From: Lichenihabitans sp.
Lineage (GTDB): Bacteria; Pseudomonadota; Alphaproteobacteria; Rhizobiales; Beijerinckiaceae
Assembly (NCBI GenBank): GCA_036276175.1
Contig: DATBEH010000040.1
Coordinates: 1,935 to 65,934 of the forward strand
Length of the DNA stretch: 64,000 nucleotides
Direction of reading: 5' to 3'
Numbering within the stretch: the stretch's first letter is position 1; each line of letters opens with the position of its first letter. The notes beneath the pieces are model-generated. The model was not told the origin of the DNA. It did not search any database and saw only the letters and a program-made list of their open reading frames with translations. The position numbers and the translations under genes were made by a program. This document shows positions 51,311 to 59,564 of this stretch, one piece after another.

Positions 51311-52375
51311 TCAGGCGCGGGTTGCCGTATGCACCTCCGCAGCATCCAAGCCTTTGAGCTTATAGACCGCATAGGAGATCACCCAGGCGAGGATGAACAC
51401 GCCGATGATGGCGAAGCCGAGATTGTTGAAGTTGTCGTTCAGCGCGCCAACGCCATCCCAGAATCCGCCCTTCAGGTCGAGTTGATCGCCGACCAGACCG
51501 AGCGCCTCGATGCCGCCGATCAGGACGGCCACGACCACCGAAACCAGCGTAATGGTCATGTTGTAGTAGAGCTTCCGCATCGGCTTGACGAAGGCCCAGT
51601 CGTAGGCGCCGAGCATCATCACCCCGTCCGTGGTGTCGATCAGCGACATGCCTGCCGCAAACAGCACCGGGAATACCATGATGGCGCTGATCGGAATGCC
51701 CTTGGCGGCCTGGGCCGCCGAGACACCGAACATGGCAATTTCGGTCGCGGTGTCGAACCCGAGACCAAAGAGAAAGCCCAGCGGGAACATGTGCCAGCTT
51801 TTGGTCACGAGCCGGAACAGCGGCCGGAAGATGCGCGCCAGGAATCCTCGGTTGTTGAGCAGGATGTCGAGATCCTCCTCGACATAGCTGCCTCCGGCGC
51901 GAACCCGGCGGTAGCTCTTATAGATCGAGGAGAAAATGAAGATGTTCATCACCGCGATGGCGAGGAGGAACAGAGCCGAGATGCTGGTGCTGATCGTGCC
52001 GCCGACGCTCTGAAAACTCTGGAAGGTGCCCATCATGGTCGCCGCCCCAGCGACCGCTGCGGCGACGAAGATCACGATCGTCGAATGGCCCAGGGCAAAG
52101 AAGAACCCGACCGAAACGGGCCGCTGCTTCATTTGCATCAGCTTACGCGTCACGTTGTCGATGGCGGCGATGTGGTCGGCATCGACCGCATGGCGAAGGC
52201 CTAGGCCGTAGATGACCAGCGCGACGCCGAGGAGCGTCGGGTTGCCGTGGAACGCGATGAGCGCCCATGACCATGCCCCGACATTCAGCAGGGCAAGGAC
52301 AGCATAGATGGCAACGAGGCGGCCTTTGAGATCGGGCGTGCTCTCGTTGAAGAGCCGCTTGATGGTTGTCAGCAT
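51311..52375 (-). CDS. NiCoT (HoxN/HupN/NixA/NhlF family) Ni/Co permease
   Basis: Signature GLRHAVDADHIAAIDN, FFALGHS, FLFGLGFDTATE. Confidence 0.95.
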   Translation of the reverse strand: MLTTIKRLFNESTPDLKGRLVAIYAVLALLNVGAWSWALIAFHGNPTLLGVALVIYGLGLRHAVDADHIAAIDNVTRKLMQMKQRPVSVGFFFALGHSTIVIFVAAAVAGAATMMGTFQSFQSVGGTISTSISALFLLAIAVMNIFIFSSIYKSYRRVRAGGSYVEEDLDILLNNRGFLARIFRPLFRLVTKSWHMFPLGFLFGLGFDTATEIAMFGVSAAQAAKGIPISAIMVFPVLFAAGMSLIDTTDGVMMLGAYDWAFVKPMRKLYYNMTITLVSVVVAVLIGGIEALGLVGDQLDLKGGFWDGVGALNDNFNNLGFAIIGVFILAWVISYAVYKLKGLDAAEVHTATRA

Positions 52376-52479
52376 GGAGGTTTCTGCCTTTGACGTCTCA
52401 AGTCATCGCAGGAACTCGTCCCACTCTTGTGGGATTCGCACGCCAGGACACCCCGCCCGGCGTTTCCGCTTTGACGTCC

Positions 52480-52655
52480 GTGATGGCAGGTCTCCTGGCT
52501 CGCGGGTCGGTGCCCCCTTCGCCTTCCCGGGTCCATGTGGCCCAGTGGCTTCGTGAAAGAAGCTCGTCGCTTACAGTTGCGGGGACAGCCGCGGCGTTGG
52601 ACGTTGCCGCCCGCGCCGCATTCCCTTTTGAGCCCTCGCGGGCACCATCTGCGCT
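52480..52655 (-). ncRNA. Cobalamin (B12) riboswitch
   Basis: Minus strand shows GGTGCC...AAAAGGGAAT.CGG...GCCGCGGCTGTCCCCGCAACTGTAAGCG...GCCACTG...GGGAAGG...GAGCCAGGAGACCTGCC, the conserved B12-box elements. Confidence 0.93.
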
Positions 52656-52699
52656 ACGATAACGGGCTGACATGGCCACGGTCAACGTGGCAAGGTCTG

Positions 52700-52765
52700 G
52701 TAACCATCACGATGGATGATTCCTTGCTGGTCGAGCTGGATGCGCTCGTGGCGCGCAAAGGGACA
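52700..52765 (+). pseudogene. nikR: nikR N-terminal (ribbon-helix-helix) remnant
   Basis: VTITMDDSLLVELDALVARKG closely resembles the NikR start R-V-T-I-T-(L/M)-D-D..L..ELD....RG; no intact start or metal-binding domain follows. Confidence 0.65.
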
Positions 52766-53049
52766 ACGGCGACGTTGCGTAAATCAAAAGCTGCGCACCG
52801 CTTCCGGTGACGAGCGACATCAAGGCGTTGCTCTGTGCAAAACTTCGGTGCGGATGTCCGCTGATGGATCGGCAAGCCGACGTCCCTCGGCGACTGCGCC
52901 ATCGGCTGCTTCCCACCCCCATCGGGCCTCCGACGCAAGTCCCACGCGTCCGGTTTCCGCCACCGGCATGGATCGGGCCGCCGGTTTGCCGTAGAGGTCG
53001 GCGGGCGGCCGCTGTCCGGGCGACGCGCACCATGGCACGATGGGACGGC

Positions 53050-54492
53050 ATGCGACAGCTCTTCGACAACCTCGCTTCGGCCCGCATCGCGGTCATCGGC
53101 GACCTGATGCTCGACGTCTACCTGCAGGGCGAGGTCGAGCGGATCTCGCCCGAGGCGCCGGTGCCGGTGGTGCGGCTGAGCTCGGAGCGCGCGGTGCCGG
53201 GCGGCGCCGCCAATGTCGCGGCCAACGTGGCCCATCTCGGCGGCCGGGTGCGCCTCGTCGGCGTCGCGGGCCGCGACGATGCCCATGCGACGCTCTCGCG
53301 CCTGCTCGACGCCCATGGCGGCGTCGACCGCTCCGGCATCGTGCTTGCGCAGGATTATCCCACCGTCAGGAAGACGCGCCTGATGGGCCACCATCAGCAG
53401 ATCGCCCGCATCGACCAGGAACGTCGCGAGCCGCCGCCCGCGGAGGTGCAGGACGAGGTCGTCCGCAACGCCGTCGCGGCGCTCGACGCCTGCGACGTCG
53501 CCATCCTCTCCGATTACGGCAAAGGCGCCCTGACCGAGCGCGTCCTCGCCGCCATCCTGGCCCATGCGGCGGCCACGGCCAAGCGCGTCGTGGTCGACCC
53601 GAAGAAGCGCGACCTCGGCGCCTACAAGGGGGCGAGCCTCATCACGCCCAACCGGCACGAGCTGGCGCTGGCTACCGGCCGTCCGTGCGAGACCGACGCG
53701 GAGGCCGCGGAGGCCGCCGCCATCGCTCACCGCCTGTCGGGCGCCGACGTCCTGCTGACGCGCTCCGAGAAGGGCATGTCCTATTTTCCCGTCTCGGGCG
53801 AGCCCATCCACCTGCCGACGGTCGCCCGCGAGGTGTTCGACGTGTCCGGCGCCGGCGACACGGTGGTTGCCGTCCTGGCGCTGAGCTTCGCCGTGGACCT
53901 TTCGGTGCCGGACGCCATGAAGGCCGCCAACCATGCGGCCGGCATCGTGGTCGGCAAGGTCGGCACGGCGCTGGTGTCGGCGGAGGAGCTGTTCATCGAT
54001 CTCGCGGTCGACGGCGAGCACGATGTGCAGGACGGGCGCCTCGTCGACCTCGAGACGCTGAGCGTGCTGCGCGCCTATTGGCGCAAGCGCGGCCTCTCCG
54101 TCGGCCTGACCAACGGCTGCTTCGACCTCGTCCATCCCGGCCATGTGGCGCTGATCCGGCAGGCGGCCGGGAGCTGCGACCGGCTCGTCCTGGCGCTCAA
54201 CACCGATGCCTCGGTGCGCCGGCTCAAGGGGCCGTCGCGGCCGGTGCAGGGGGAGGCCGCGCGGGCCGAGGTCGTGGGCGCGCTCAAGGGCGTCGCCGTC
54301 ACCGTGCTGTTCGGCGAGGACACGCCGCTCGAGCTGATCCGGGCGCTGCAGCCCGATCTCCTGGTCAAGGGCGCCGACTATACCGAGGCCACGGTGGTCG
54401 GGGCCGACATCGTCAAGGCGGCGGGCGGCAAGGTCCTGCTGGCGGGGCTGGTGCCGGGCCAGTCCACGACCCGGCTGATCGCGGGGCGATAG
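53050..54492 (+). CDS. hldE: Bifunctional heptose-7-phosphate kinase / heptose-1-phosphate adenylyltransferase
   Basis: GDLMLDVY..G.VERISPEAPVP, SDYGKG, DVSGAGDT, then TNGCFDLVHPGH, LNTDASVRRLKG..RP, LVKGADY. Confidence 0.95.
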   Translation: MRQLFDNLASARIAVIGDLMLDVYLQGEVERISPEAPVPVVRLSSERAVPGGAANVAANVAHLGGRVRLVGVAGRDDAHATLSRLLDAHGGVDRSGIVLAQDYPTVRKTRLMGHHQQIARIDQERREPPPAEVQDEVVRNAVAALDACDVAILSDYGKGALTERVLAAILAHAAATAKRVVVDPKKRDLGAYKGASLITPNRHELALATGRPCETDAEAAEAAAIAHRLSGADVLLTRSEKGMSYFPVSGEPIHLPTVAREVFDVSGAGDTVVAVLALSFAVDLSVPDAMKAANHAAGIVVGKVGTALVSAEELFIDLAVDGEHDVQDGRLVDLETLSVLRAYWRKRGLSVGLTNGCFDLVHPGHVALIRQAAGSCDRLVLALNTDASVRRLKGPSRPVQGEAARAEVVGALKGVAVTVLFGEDTPLELIRALQPDLLVKGADYTEATVVGADIVKAAGGKVLLAGLVPGQSTTRLIAGR

Positions 54493-54549
54493 AAGTTTGC
54501 GCGCCGAAAATTCCCGGCTATGTTGTCGGCGACAACATAGGAGGATCGA

Positions 54550-55476
54550 ATGTCCGCGGGCGCGACCGACGAGGTGCGGAGCTTCAACCGCTTCTACACG
54601 CGCGAGATCGGCCTTCTCAACGCGCATCTCCCCGCGAGCCGGCTGTCGCTCGCCGAGGCGCGGGTGCTCTACGAGATCGCCCATGGCGAGGGCATGACGG
54701 CGGCGGAGATCGGCCGCCGGCTCGCGATGGACAAGGCGCATCTGAGCCGCATCGTGGCACGCTTCAGGGCCCGCGGCCTGGTCGAGAGCCGCGCCAGCCC
54801 GGATCACGGCCGGCGGCTCGCCCTGTCGCTGACCGACGCGGGCGGGGCCGCCTTCGCGGCGCTCGACCTTGGCACCCGCACGCAGATCGACGCCATTCTG
54901 CAGCCGCTCGACGAGGCCCGCCGGCGGCGCCTGGTCTCGGCCATGGGCGACATCCGCGCCGTCCTCGGTGTCGACCACGCGCGCTCGGGCGACATCCGTC
55001 TTCGCGGCCTGGAGCCGGGCGATCTCGGCTGGATCATCCACCGTCAGGCGCTGCTCTATCATCGCGAATACGGCTGGGACCGGAGCTACGAGGGACTGGT
55101 CGCCGGCATCTTGGCCGATTTCGTGGCCGGCTACGATGCCGCGCGCGAGGACGCGTGGGTCGCGGAGCACCTCGGCACCGTCGCCGGATCGGTCTTTCTG
55201 GTGAAGAGCGCCGATCCCGTCGAGGCGAAGCTCAGGCTGCTCTATGTCGATCCCGATGCCCGCGGCCTCGGGATCGGCCGGGCGCTGGTCGAGCGATGCA
55301 TCGCCCGGGCGCGGGAGATCGGCTACGGCCGGCTCACGCTGTGGACGAACGACGTGCTCGTCGCCGCGCGGCGGATCTATCAGGCGGCCGGCTTCCGCCT
55401 GGTGAGCGAGGCGCCGCATCGCTCCTTCGGCCACGACCTGGTCGGCCAGACCTGGACGCTCGATCTCGCCTCGTGA
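54550..55476 (+). CDS. Bifunctional MarR-HTH / GNAT acetyltransferase
   Basis: VRSFNRFYT..IG, EARVLYEI HTH, then GDLGWIIHR, LRLLYVDP.ARGLGIG, LWTNDVL.AAR.IY. Confidence 0.92.
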   Translation: MSAGATDEVRSFNRFYTREIGLLNAHLPASRLSLAEARVLYEIAHGEGMTAAEIGRRLAMDKAHLSRIVARFRARGLVESRASPDHGRRLALSLTDAGGAAFAALDLGTRTQIDAILQPLDEARRRRLVSAMGDIRAVLGVDHARSGDIRLRGLEPGDLGWIIHRQALLYHREYGWDRSYEGLVAGILADFVAGYDAAREDAWVAEHLGTVAGSVFLVKSADPVEAKLRLLYVDPDARGLGIGRALVERCIARAREIGYGRLTLWTNDVLVAARRIYQAAGFRLVSEAPHRSFGHDLVGQTWTLDLAS

Positions 55477-55502
55477 CGGACCTTTGGATCCGGTGTCCTC
55501 CG

Positions 55503-56123
55503 CTACGGCGTCGACGTGCCACCGTTCTGGGCCAGGATCGATCGGGCGATCTGGTCCACCATGGACGCGGGCAGGTCGATGCCGGAGAGACGCCAGGTCA
55601 AGCCGTCGAGCCGCAGATGCACGGCGTAATTGTCGGCGGCGGCGCCCCGGGTCTCGGCCGGGATGACGAAACTGGTGAGCCCGTCGAAATAGGACCCGGT
55701 CAGCATCGACAGCCAGTCGCCGTGCAAGAGGCTCGCAAAGCCCGGCAGGTCGCGGTTGACGGCGACGTCCTTGTCGCCGAGCTTGACCGTGCCGATCTTG
55801 CCGCGGCCGATCAGGGCGGTGATGTTCTCGGGCGTCAGCAGCTCGGCCACGTAAGGGTCGGCCACCGTCGTCGCGGCGGCTCCCATGAGGTTGCGCCCGA
55901 TGCTGCCGAGCTTGCCGCCCTTGCCGGTCGCCTCGAGATAGGCCAGCGCGATCTGGCGAGCCAGCGACCGGCGCAGCGCCGGAAGGTCGACCCGCTCGAT
56001 GACCGCGGCGCTGTCGCCCCGTTGCGCCGCCGAGGCGAGACCGGCTGCGCCGACGAAGGGCCAGGTCCAATAGGCGGCCGCCAGAACCGCCAGGATCACC
56101 AGTGTCCAAATCCAACGTCGCAT
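55503..56123 (-). CDS. DUF2939-like membrane-anchored protein
   Basis: TM anchor, WPF.....L..A...GD...V..RVD.PALR.SL..Q, WRLSGIDLP; ATG at 56123. Confidence 0.8.
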   Translation of the reverse strand: MRRWIWTLVILAVLAAAYWTWPFVGAAGLASAAQRGDSAAVIERVDLPALRRSLARQIALAYLEATGKGGKLGSIGRNLMGAAATTVADPYVAELLTPENITALIGRGKIGTVKLGDKDVAVNRDLPGFASLLHGDWLSMLTGSYFDGLTSFVIPAETRGAAADNYAVHLRLDGLTWRLSGIDLPASMVDQIARSILAQNGGTSTP

Positions 56124-56242
56124 GAAAACCTGTCCCGTGCCCTTCTCGACGAAAGTCGCAGCGTGCCTTCGACCGCGAGGCGCCTCCTCTTGGCCGGGCT
56201 CTATGGAGGAAACAAGGCCGGCCCCGCCGCGGACGTGGCGCA

Positions 56243-56345
56243 TAGAGCATGTTCGGCTGTTGCCGAACTGCTCCAGCTTTGACATGCGGGCCGTTTCATC
56301 GGGATGAAATCGCGATGCGATTCCATCTTATCCGATACTGCTCTG
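56243..56345. repeat. RIME/MITE-like palindromic element
   Basis: Imperfect terminal inverted repeats TAGAGCATGTTCGG / CCGATACTGCTCTG; internal hairpins GAGCATGTTCGGC/GCCGAACTGCTC and TTTCATC/GATGAAA. Confidence 0.6.
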
Positions 56346-56358
56346 GCGCCGAACGCCG

Positions 56359-57273
56359 ATGAGACGCGCCGGACCGGTCGCGCCACCGCGACGGCTTGCC
56401 GTCATCGACGCGGCGCGCGGCCTCGCGCTCTGCGGCATGGTGGCCTTCCACGCCGACTGGGACCTGGCCTACGGCGGCTGGATCGCCTCCGGTCCGGCGG
56501 AGTCTCCGGTCTGGAGCCTGTTCGGCCAGTGCGTCGCCGTGACCTTTCTGGCCCTTTCGGGGTATTCCCTGGTCCTGGCGCGGGACCGCGGCCTGCGCGC
56601 CGCGGTGACCCGCATCGGCCGTGTGGCCGCAGCGGCGATGCTGATCACCGGGGTCACCGGCTGGCTGTTTCCGCAGGATGTCGTCACCTTCGGCATCCTG
56701 CATTGCATCGCGCTGTCGAGCCTGCTGGCGCTCCCCTTGCGGCGCGCCCCGGTCGCGGCCGTCCTCGGCGTGGCGCTGCTCTGTCTCCTGGCGCCCAGGA
56801 TGTGGTCGACCGCGGCGCTCGATGGGCCGCTCTGGGCTTGGCTCGGGCTCGGCCTGTCGCCGCCCCGGACGCTCGATTACCGGCCGCTGCTGCCGTGGAT
56901 GGGTGCGGTGCTCGTCGGCATGGCCACGGCGTTGAGCCCGCTGCCGCGGCCCGGCCGGCGGATCCGCACGCCGGCGGGGCGATCGCTCGCCGTTCTCGGA
57001 CGCCACAGCCTGCTGATCTATTGCCTGCATCAGCCGCTTCTCTTCGGGCTGGTGATGCTCGCCAGCTGGCTGCACGTCGCGCCGCTCGGTCAAGCGCGCG
57101 ATACGTCACGGCAGTGCGCGACGCGCTGCGTGGCGGAGGGCGCCGGCGAAGCGGGATGCATGGCGGCCTGCCGATGCCTGCTGGCGCGGCCCGTGCCGGA
57201 GCCCGGGGTCTGCCTCGCCCCATCGGTACCCGAGCCCTTCCGGGACGCGACACAGCCCGAGGCGCAACCCTGA
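56359..57273 (+). CDS. DUF1624 / HGSNAT-like membrane acyltransferase domain protein
   Basis: R...IDAARGLA..GMV.FH..WD, FGILHCI, DYRPLLPW, GRHSL.IY..HQP. Confidence 0.88.
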   Translation: MRRAGPVAPPRRLAVIDAARGLALCGMVAFHADWDLAYGGWIASGPAESPVWSLFGQCVAVTFLALSGYSLVLARDRGLRAAVTRIGRVAAAAMLITGVTGWLFPQDVVTFGILHCIALSSLLALPLRRAPVAAVLGVALLCLLAPRMWSTAALDGPLWAWLGLGLSPPRTLDYRPLLPWMGAVLVGMATALSPLPRPGRRIRTPAGRSLAVLGRHSLLIYCLHQPLLFGLVMLASWLHVAPLGQARDTSRQCATRCVAEGAGEAGCMAACRCLLARPVPEPGVCLAPSVPEPFRDATQPEAQP

Positions 57274-57278
57274 CCCCG

Positions 57279-57536
57279 TCAATGGCCGGCGGATTCGAGC
57301 TTCTTCATCAGTTCCAGGAAGCGGTCCGGTACAGGCTGCCGCGCCACGTCGTCGTAGACCGCACGGAGCTGGCGTCCGATATAGGCCTGGAGATCGCCGC
57401 CCTTGGGCGGGCGCGCCGCTCCCGTCGGCGTTGCGCCGCTCGCGCCTCCTCCATCCTCCGCCGCTTCGCATGTCTCGGCCATGCTGTTGGCCGCGGCGGT
57501 CCGGTTCACCTCGTCATCGCCTGTCAAAATCTCCAC
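57279..57536 (-). CDS. nepR: NepR anti-sigma factor
   Basis: IGRQLRAVYDDVARQPVPDRFLELMKKL is the NepR core; divergent from phyR; start uncertain. Confidence 0.9.
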   Translation of the reverse strand: MEILTGDDEVNRTAAANSMAETCEAAEDGGGASGATPTGAARPPKGGDLQAYIGRQLRAVYDDVARQPVPDRFLELMKKLESAGH

Positions 57537-57648
57537 TCCTCACTGCCCCTGGTCGCGGAGCGACTTGCGATTGGCGGGTCCGCCCTGTACCATGCGCGGG
57601 TATCGGGCAGCGGGTTCGCGGACTGGTCTCGGTGGATCGCCGAAGCTG

Positions 57649-57674
57649 AACGTCTGCAAGGAAAAACTTGTTCC
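57649..57674 (-). promoter_or_regulatory. EcfG (general stress sigma) promoter for nepR
   Basis: Minus strand GGAAC-N17-CGTT. Confidence 0.75.
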
Positions 57675-57681
57675 TTGCCCT

Positions 57682-57706
57682 GCAACTTTTTTTGGCATCG
57701 CGCGTT
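57682..57706 (+). promoter_or_regulatory. EcfG promoter for phyR
   Basis: GCAAC-N16-CGTT, one mismatch to GGAAC. Confidence 0.65.
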
Positions 57707-57754
57707 GAAAGGAGCAGGTCTGCGCTTATTGCAGCTCCCGTTCCGAGGTCCAGT

Positions 57755-58576
57755 ATGTCGATTTCGCAGGCGATCGCTCCGCATCTCCCTCACCTTCGCC
57801 GCTTTGCCCGGGCCCTGACCGGGACACAGCGCGGCGGCGACGCCTACGTGGTCGAGACGCTCGAAGCGATCGTCGCCGATCCCGCCAACCTCGATGCCGC
57901 AAGCGATCTCCGCTGTTCGCTTTATCGCCTGTTTCTCAATATCTGGACGTCGGTCGCGGTCAACAAAGCCAGCGACGGCGGCGCGAGCCCGACCGACGAG
58001 CCCGGCGCCGCACGCCGCATCGAGGCCATATCGCTGCGCCCGCGCATCGCCCTCCTGCTCACCGCGGTCGAGGGGTTCGACGTCAATGAAGTCTCGCGGA
58101 CGATGGAATGCCCGCCCGACGAGGTCAGAGGCCTGATCGAGGCGGCCAACGTCGAGATCGCCGCGCAGATCTCCACCGACGTGCTGATCATCGAGGACGA
58201 GCCGCTGATCGCGCTCGACCTGCAGAATGTCGTCGAGGACCTGGGTCACCGCGTCGTCGACGTCGCCCGCACGCATCGCGAGGCGCTCAAGGCGGTGCAG
58301 CATCATCAGCCCGGCCTGATCCTGGCCGACATCCAGCTCGCCGACGGCAGCTCCGGTCTCGAGGCCGTCAACGAGATCCTCGGCGCCTTCGAGGTTCCCG
58401 TGATTTTCATCACGGCCTATCCGGAACGTTTCCTCACCGGAGCGCCGCCCGAGCCTGCCTTCCTGATCGCCAAGCCGTTCTCGATCGAGACGCTGCGGGC
58501 CGTGATCAGCCAAGTCCTTTTCTTCGATCGCAAGTCTCACCGCCGATCGACCGAGGCCGTGGCGGCACGCGCCTGA
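57755..58576 (+). CDS. phyR: PhyR anti-anti-sigma response regulator
   Basis: Sigma-like N-terminus HLPHLRRFARALTG.Q..GD.YV; receiver IIEDEPLIA.D, LADIQLADGSSG, FITAYPER, LIAKPF. Confidence 0.96.
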   Translation: MSISQAIAPHLPHLRRFARALTGTQRGGDAYVVETLEAIVADPANLDAASDLRCSLYRLFLNIWTSVAVNKASDGGASPTDEPGAARRIEAISLRPRIALLLTAVEGFDVNEVSRTMECPPDEVRGLIEAANVEIAAQISTDVLIIEDEPLIALDLQNVVEDLGHRVVDVARTHREALKAVQHHQPGLILADIQLADGSSGLEAVNEILGAFEVPVIFITAYPERFLTGAPPEPAFLIAKPFSIETLRAVISQVLFFDRKSHRRSTEAVAARA

Positions 58577-58666
58577 GGCGCCTGCGACGGGCCCCGCTGC
58601 GGTTCCTCCACTTTTGCGTTTTTGCAACACCCGACGACATTCGGATGCGAGCTACCGTGTCCGAAT

Positions 58667-58752
58667 GAAAAACCCGCAACGGCCGGGAGGCCGCTGCGGG
58701 TTTAATGCCGCGCCCGCGAAATGGGAGGGGACAGCATTCCGCGGGCGCGTTT
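58667..58752 (-). ncRNA. Candidate EcfG-dependent sRNA with C-rich loops
   Basis: Exact GGAAC-N16-CGTT upstream, a long stem-loop with loop CUGUCCCCUCC, then a terminator hairpin with CCUCCC at its apex and a U-run; ends approximate. Confidence 0.7.
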
Positions 58753-58758
58753 CGGTGT

Positions 58759-58783
58759 AACGCGCTGTGCCTACGGGTGTTCC
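58759..58783 (-). promoter_or_regulatory. EcfG promoter for the candidate sRNA
   Basis: Minus strand GGAAC-ACCCGTAGGCACAGCG-CGTT (N16). Confidence 0.75.
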
Positions 58784-59063
58784 GAGCTTTGGCCGCTTTC
58801 CGCCATGCCTCGCGGCGGCAGTCGGTCGCACCCTGTGCATTCCACGGGGGAAGTTCGCGCCAGACCGTCGGGCGCCGTTCTATTGGGATGGTCATGGGGC
58901 TATAAAAAAGCCTACGAGGTGATTCGTTCGGCGGCGGAGCGACGCCCGACGATCACGCTCGGTCGCGGGATCGGAGAGACCCGCCAGCTGGCTTGTCGCC
59001 GGAGGTCGACGCGGGGTTCGTCCTGTCCTCATTTGCCCTTCCCCCAAGCCCGGTGAGTACCGA

Positions 59064-59564
59064 ATGTCGCTTATCTCCATCGAACCGGACCGCGCCGAAC
59101 ATCCCGTGGACGTCGTCGAACGGCTGGCGGCGCTGCGCGAATGGTCCTTCGACCGCGAGGACGAGGACGAGATCTCCATTTCGGTCGACGGCGAGGTCGC
59201 CGACTACCATGTCGCCTTCACCTGGCTCTCCGACCTCGAGGCGCTGCATGTCGGCTGCGCCTTCGACCTCAAGGTCCCCGACCGGCGACGAGCCGTGATC
59301 CACTCGCTGGTGGCCCTGATCAACGAGCAGCTGTGGATCGGCCATTTCGACCTGTGGAGCACCGAGAACGTCGTCATGTTCCGGCATTCCCTGCTGATGT
59401 CGGGCGGCGCCGACCCGGACGGCCGGCAATGCGAGGCGATCCTCAAGATGGCGGTCGCCGCCTGCGACCGTTACTACCAGGCCTTCCAGTTCGTGCTCTG
59501 GGCCGGCAAGTCGCCGCGCGAGGCCCTCGACAGCGCCATGTTCGAGACACAGGGCGAAGCGTGA
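59064..59564 (+). CDS. YbjN family protein
   Basis: HPVDVVERLA....WSFDR..EDEI, EALH..CAFD, INEQLWIGHFDLW, YYQAFQFV.WAG. Confidence 0.9.
   Translation: MSLISIEPDRAEHPVDVVERLAALREWSFDREDEDEISISVDGEVADYHVAFTWLSDLEALHVGCAFDLKVPDRRRAVIHSLVALINEQLWIGHFDLWSTENVVMFRHSLLMSGGADPDGRQCEAILKMAVAACDRYYQAFQFVLWAGKSPREALDSAMFETQGEA

Noticed and set aside
52654-56282. 1198-aa minus-strand and 1080-aa plus-strand ORFs
   Set aside because: They overlap hldE, MarR-GNAT and DUF2939 in other frames or antisense; low-complexity Arg/Gly/Ala-rich translations.
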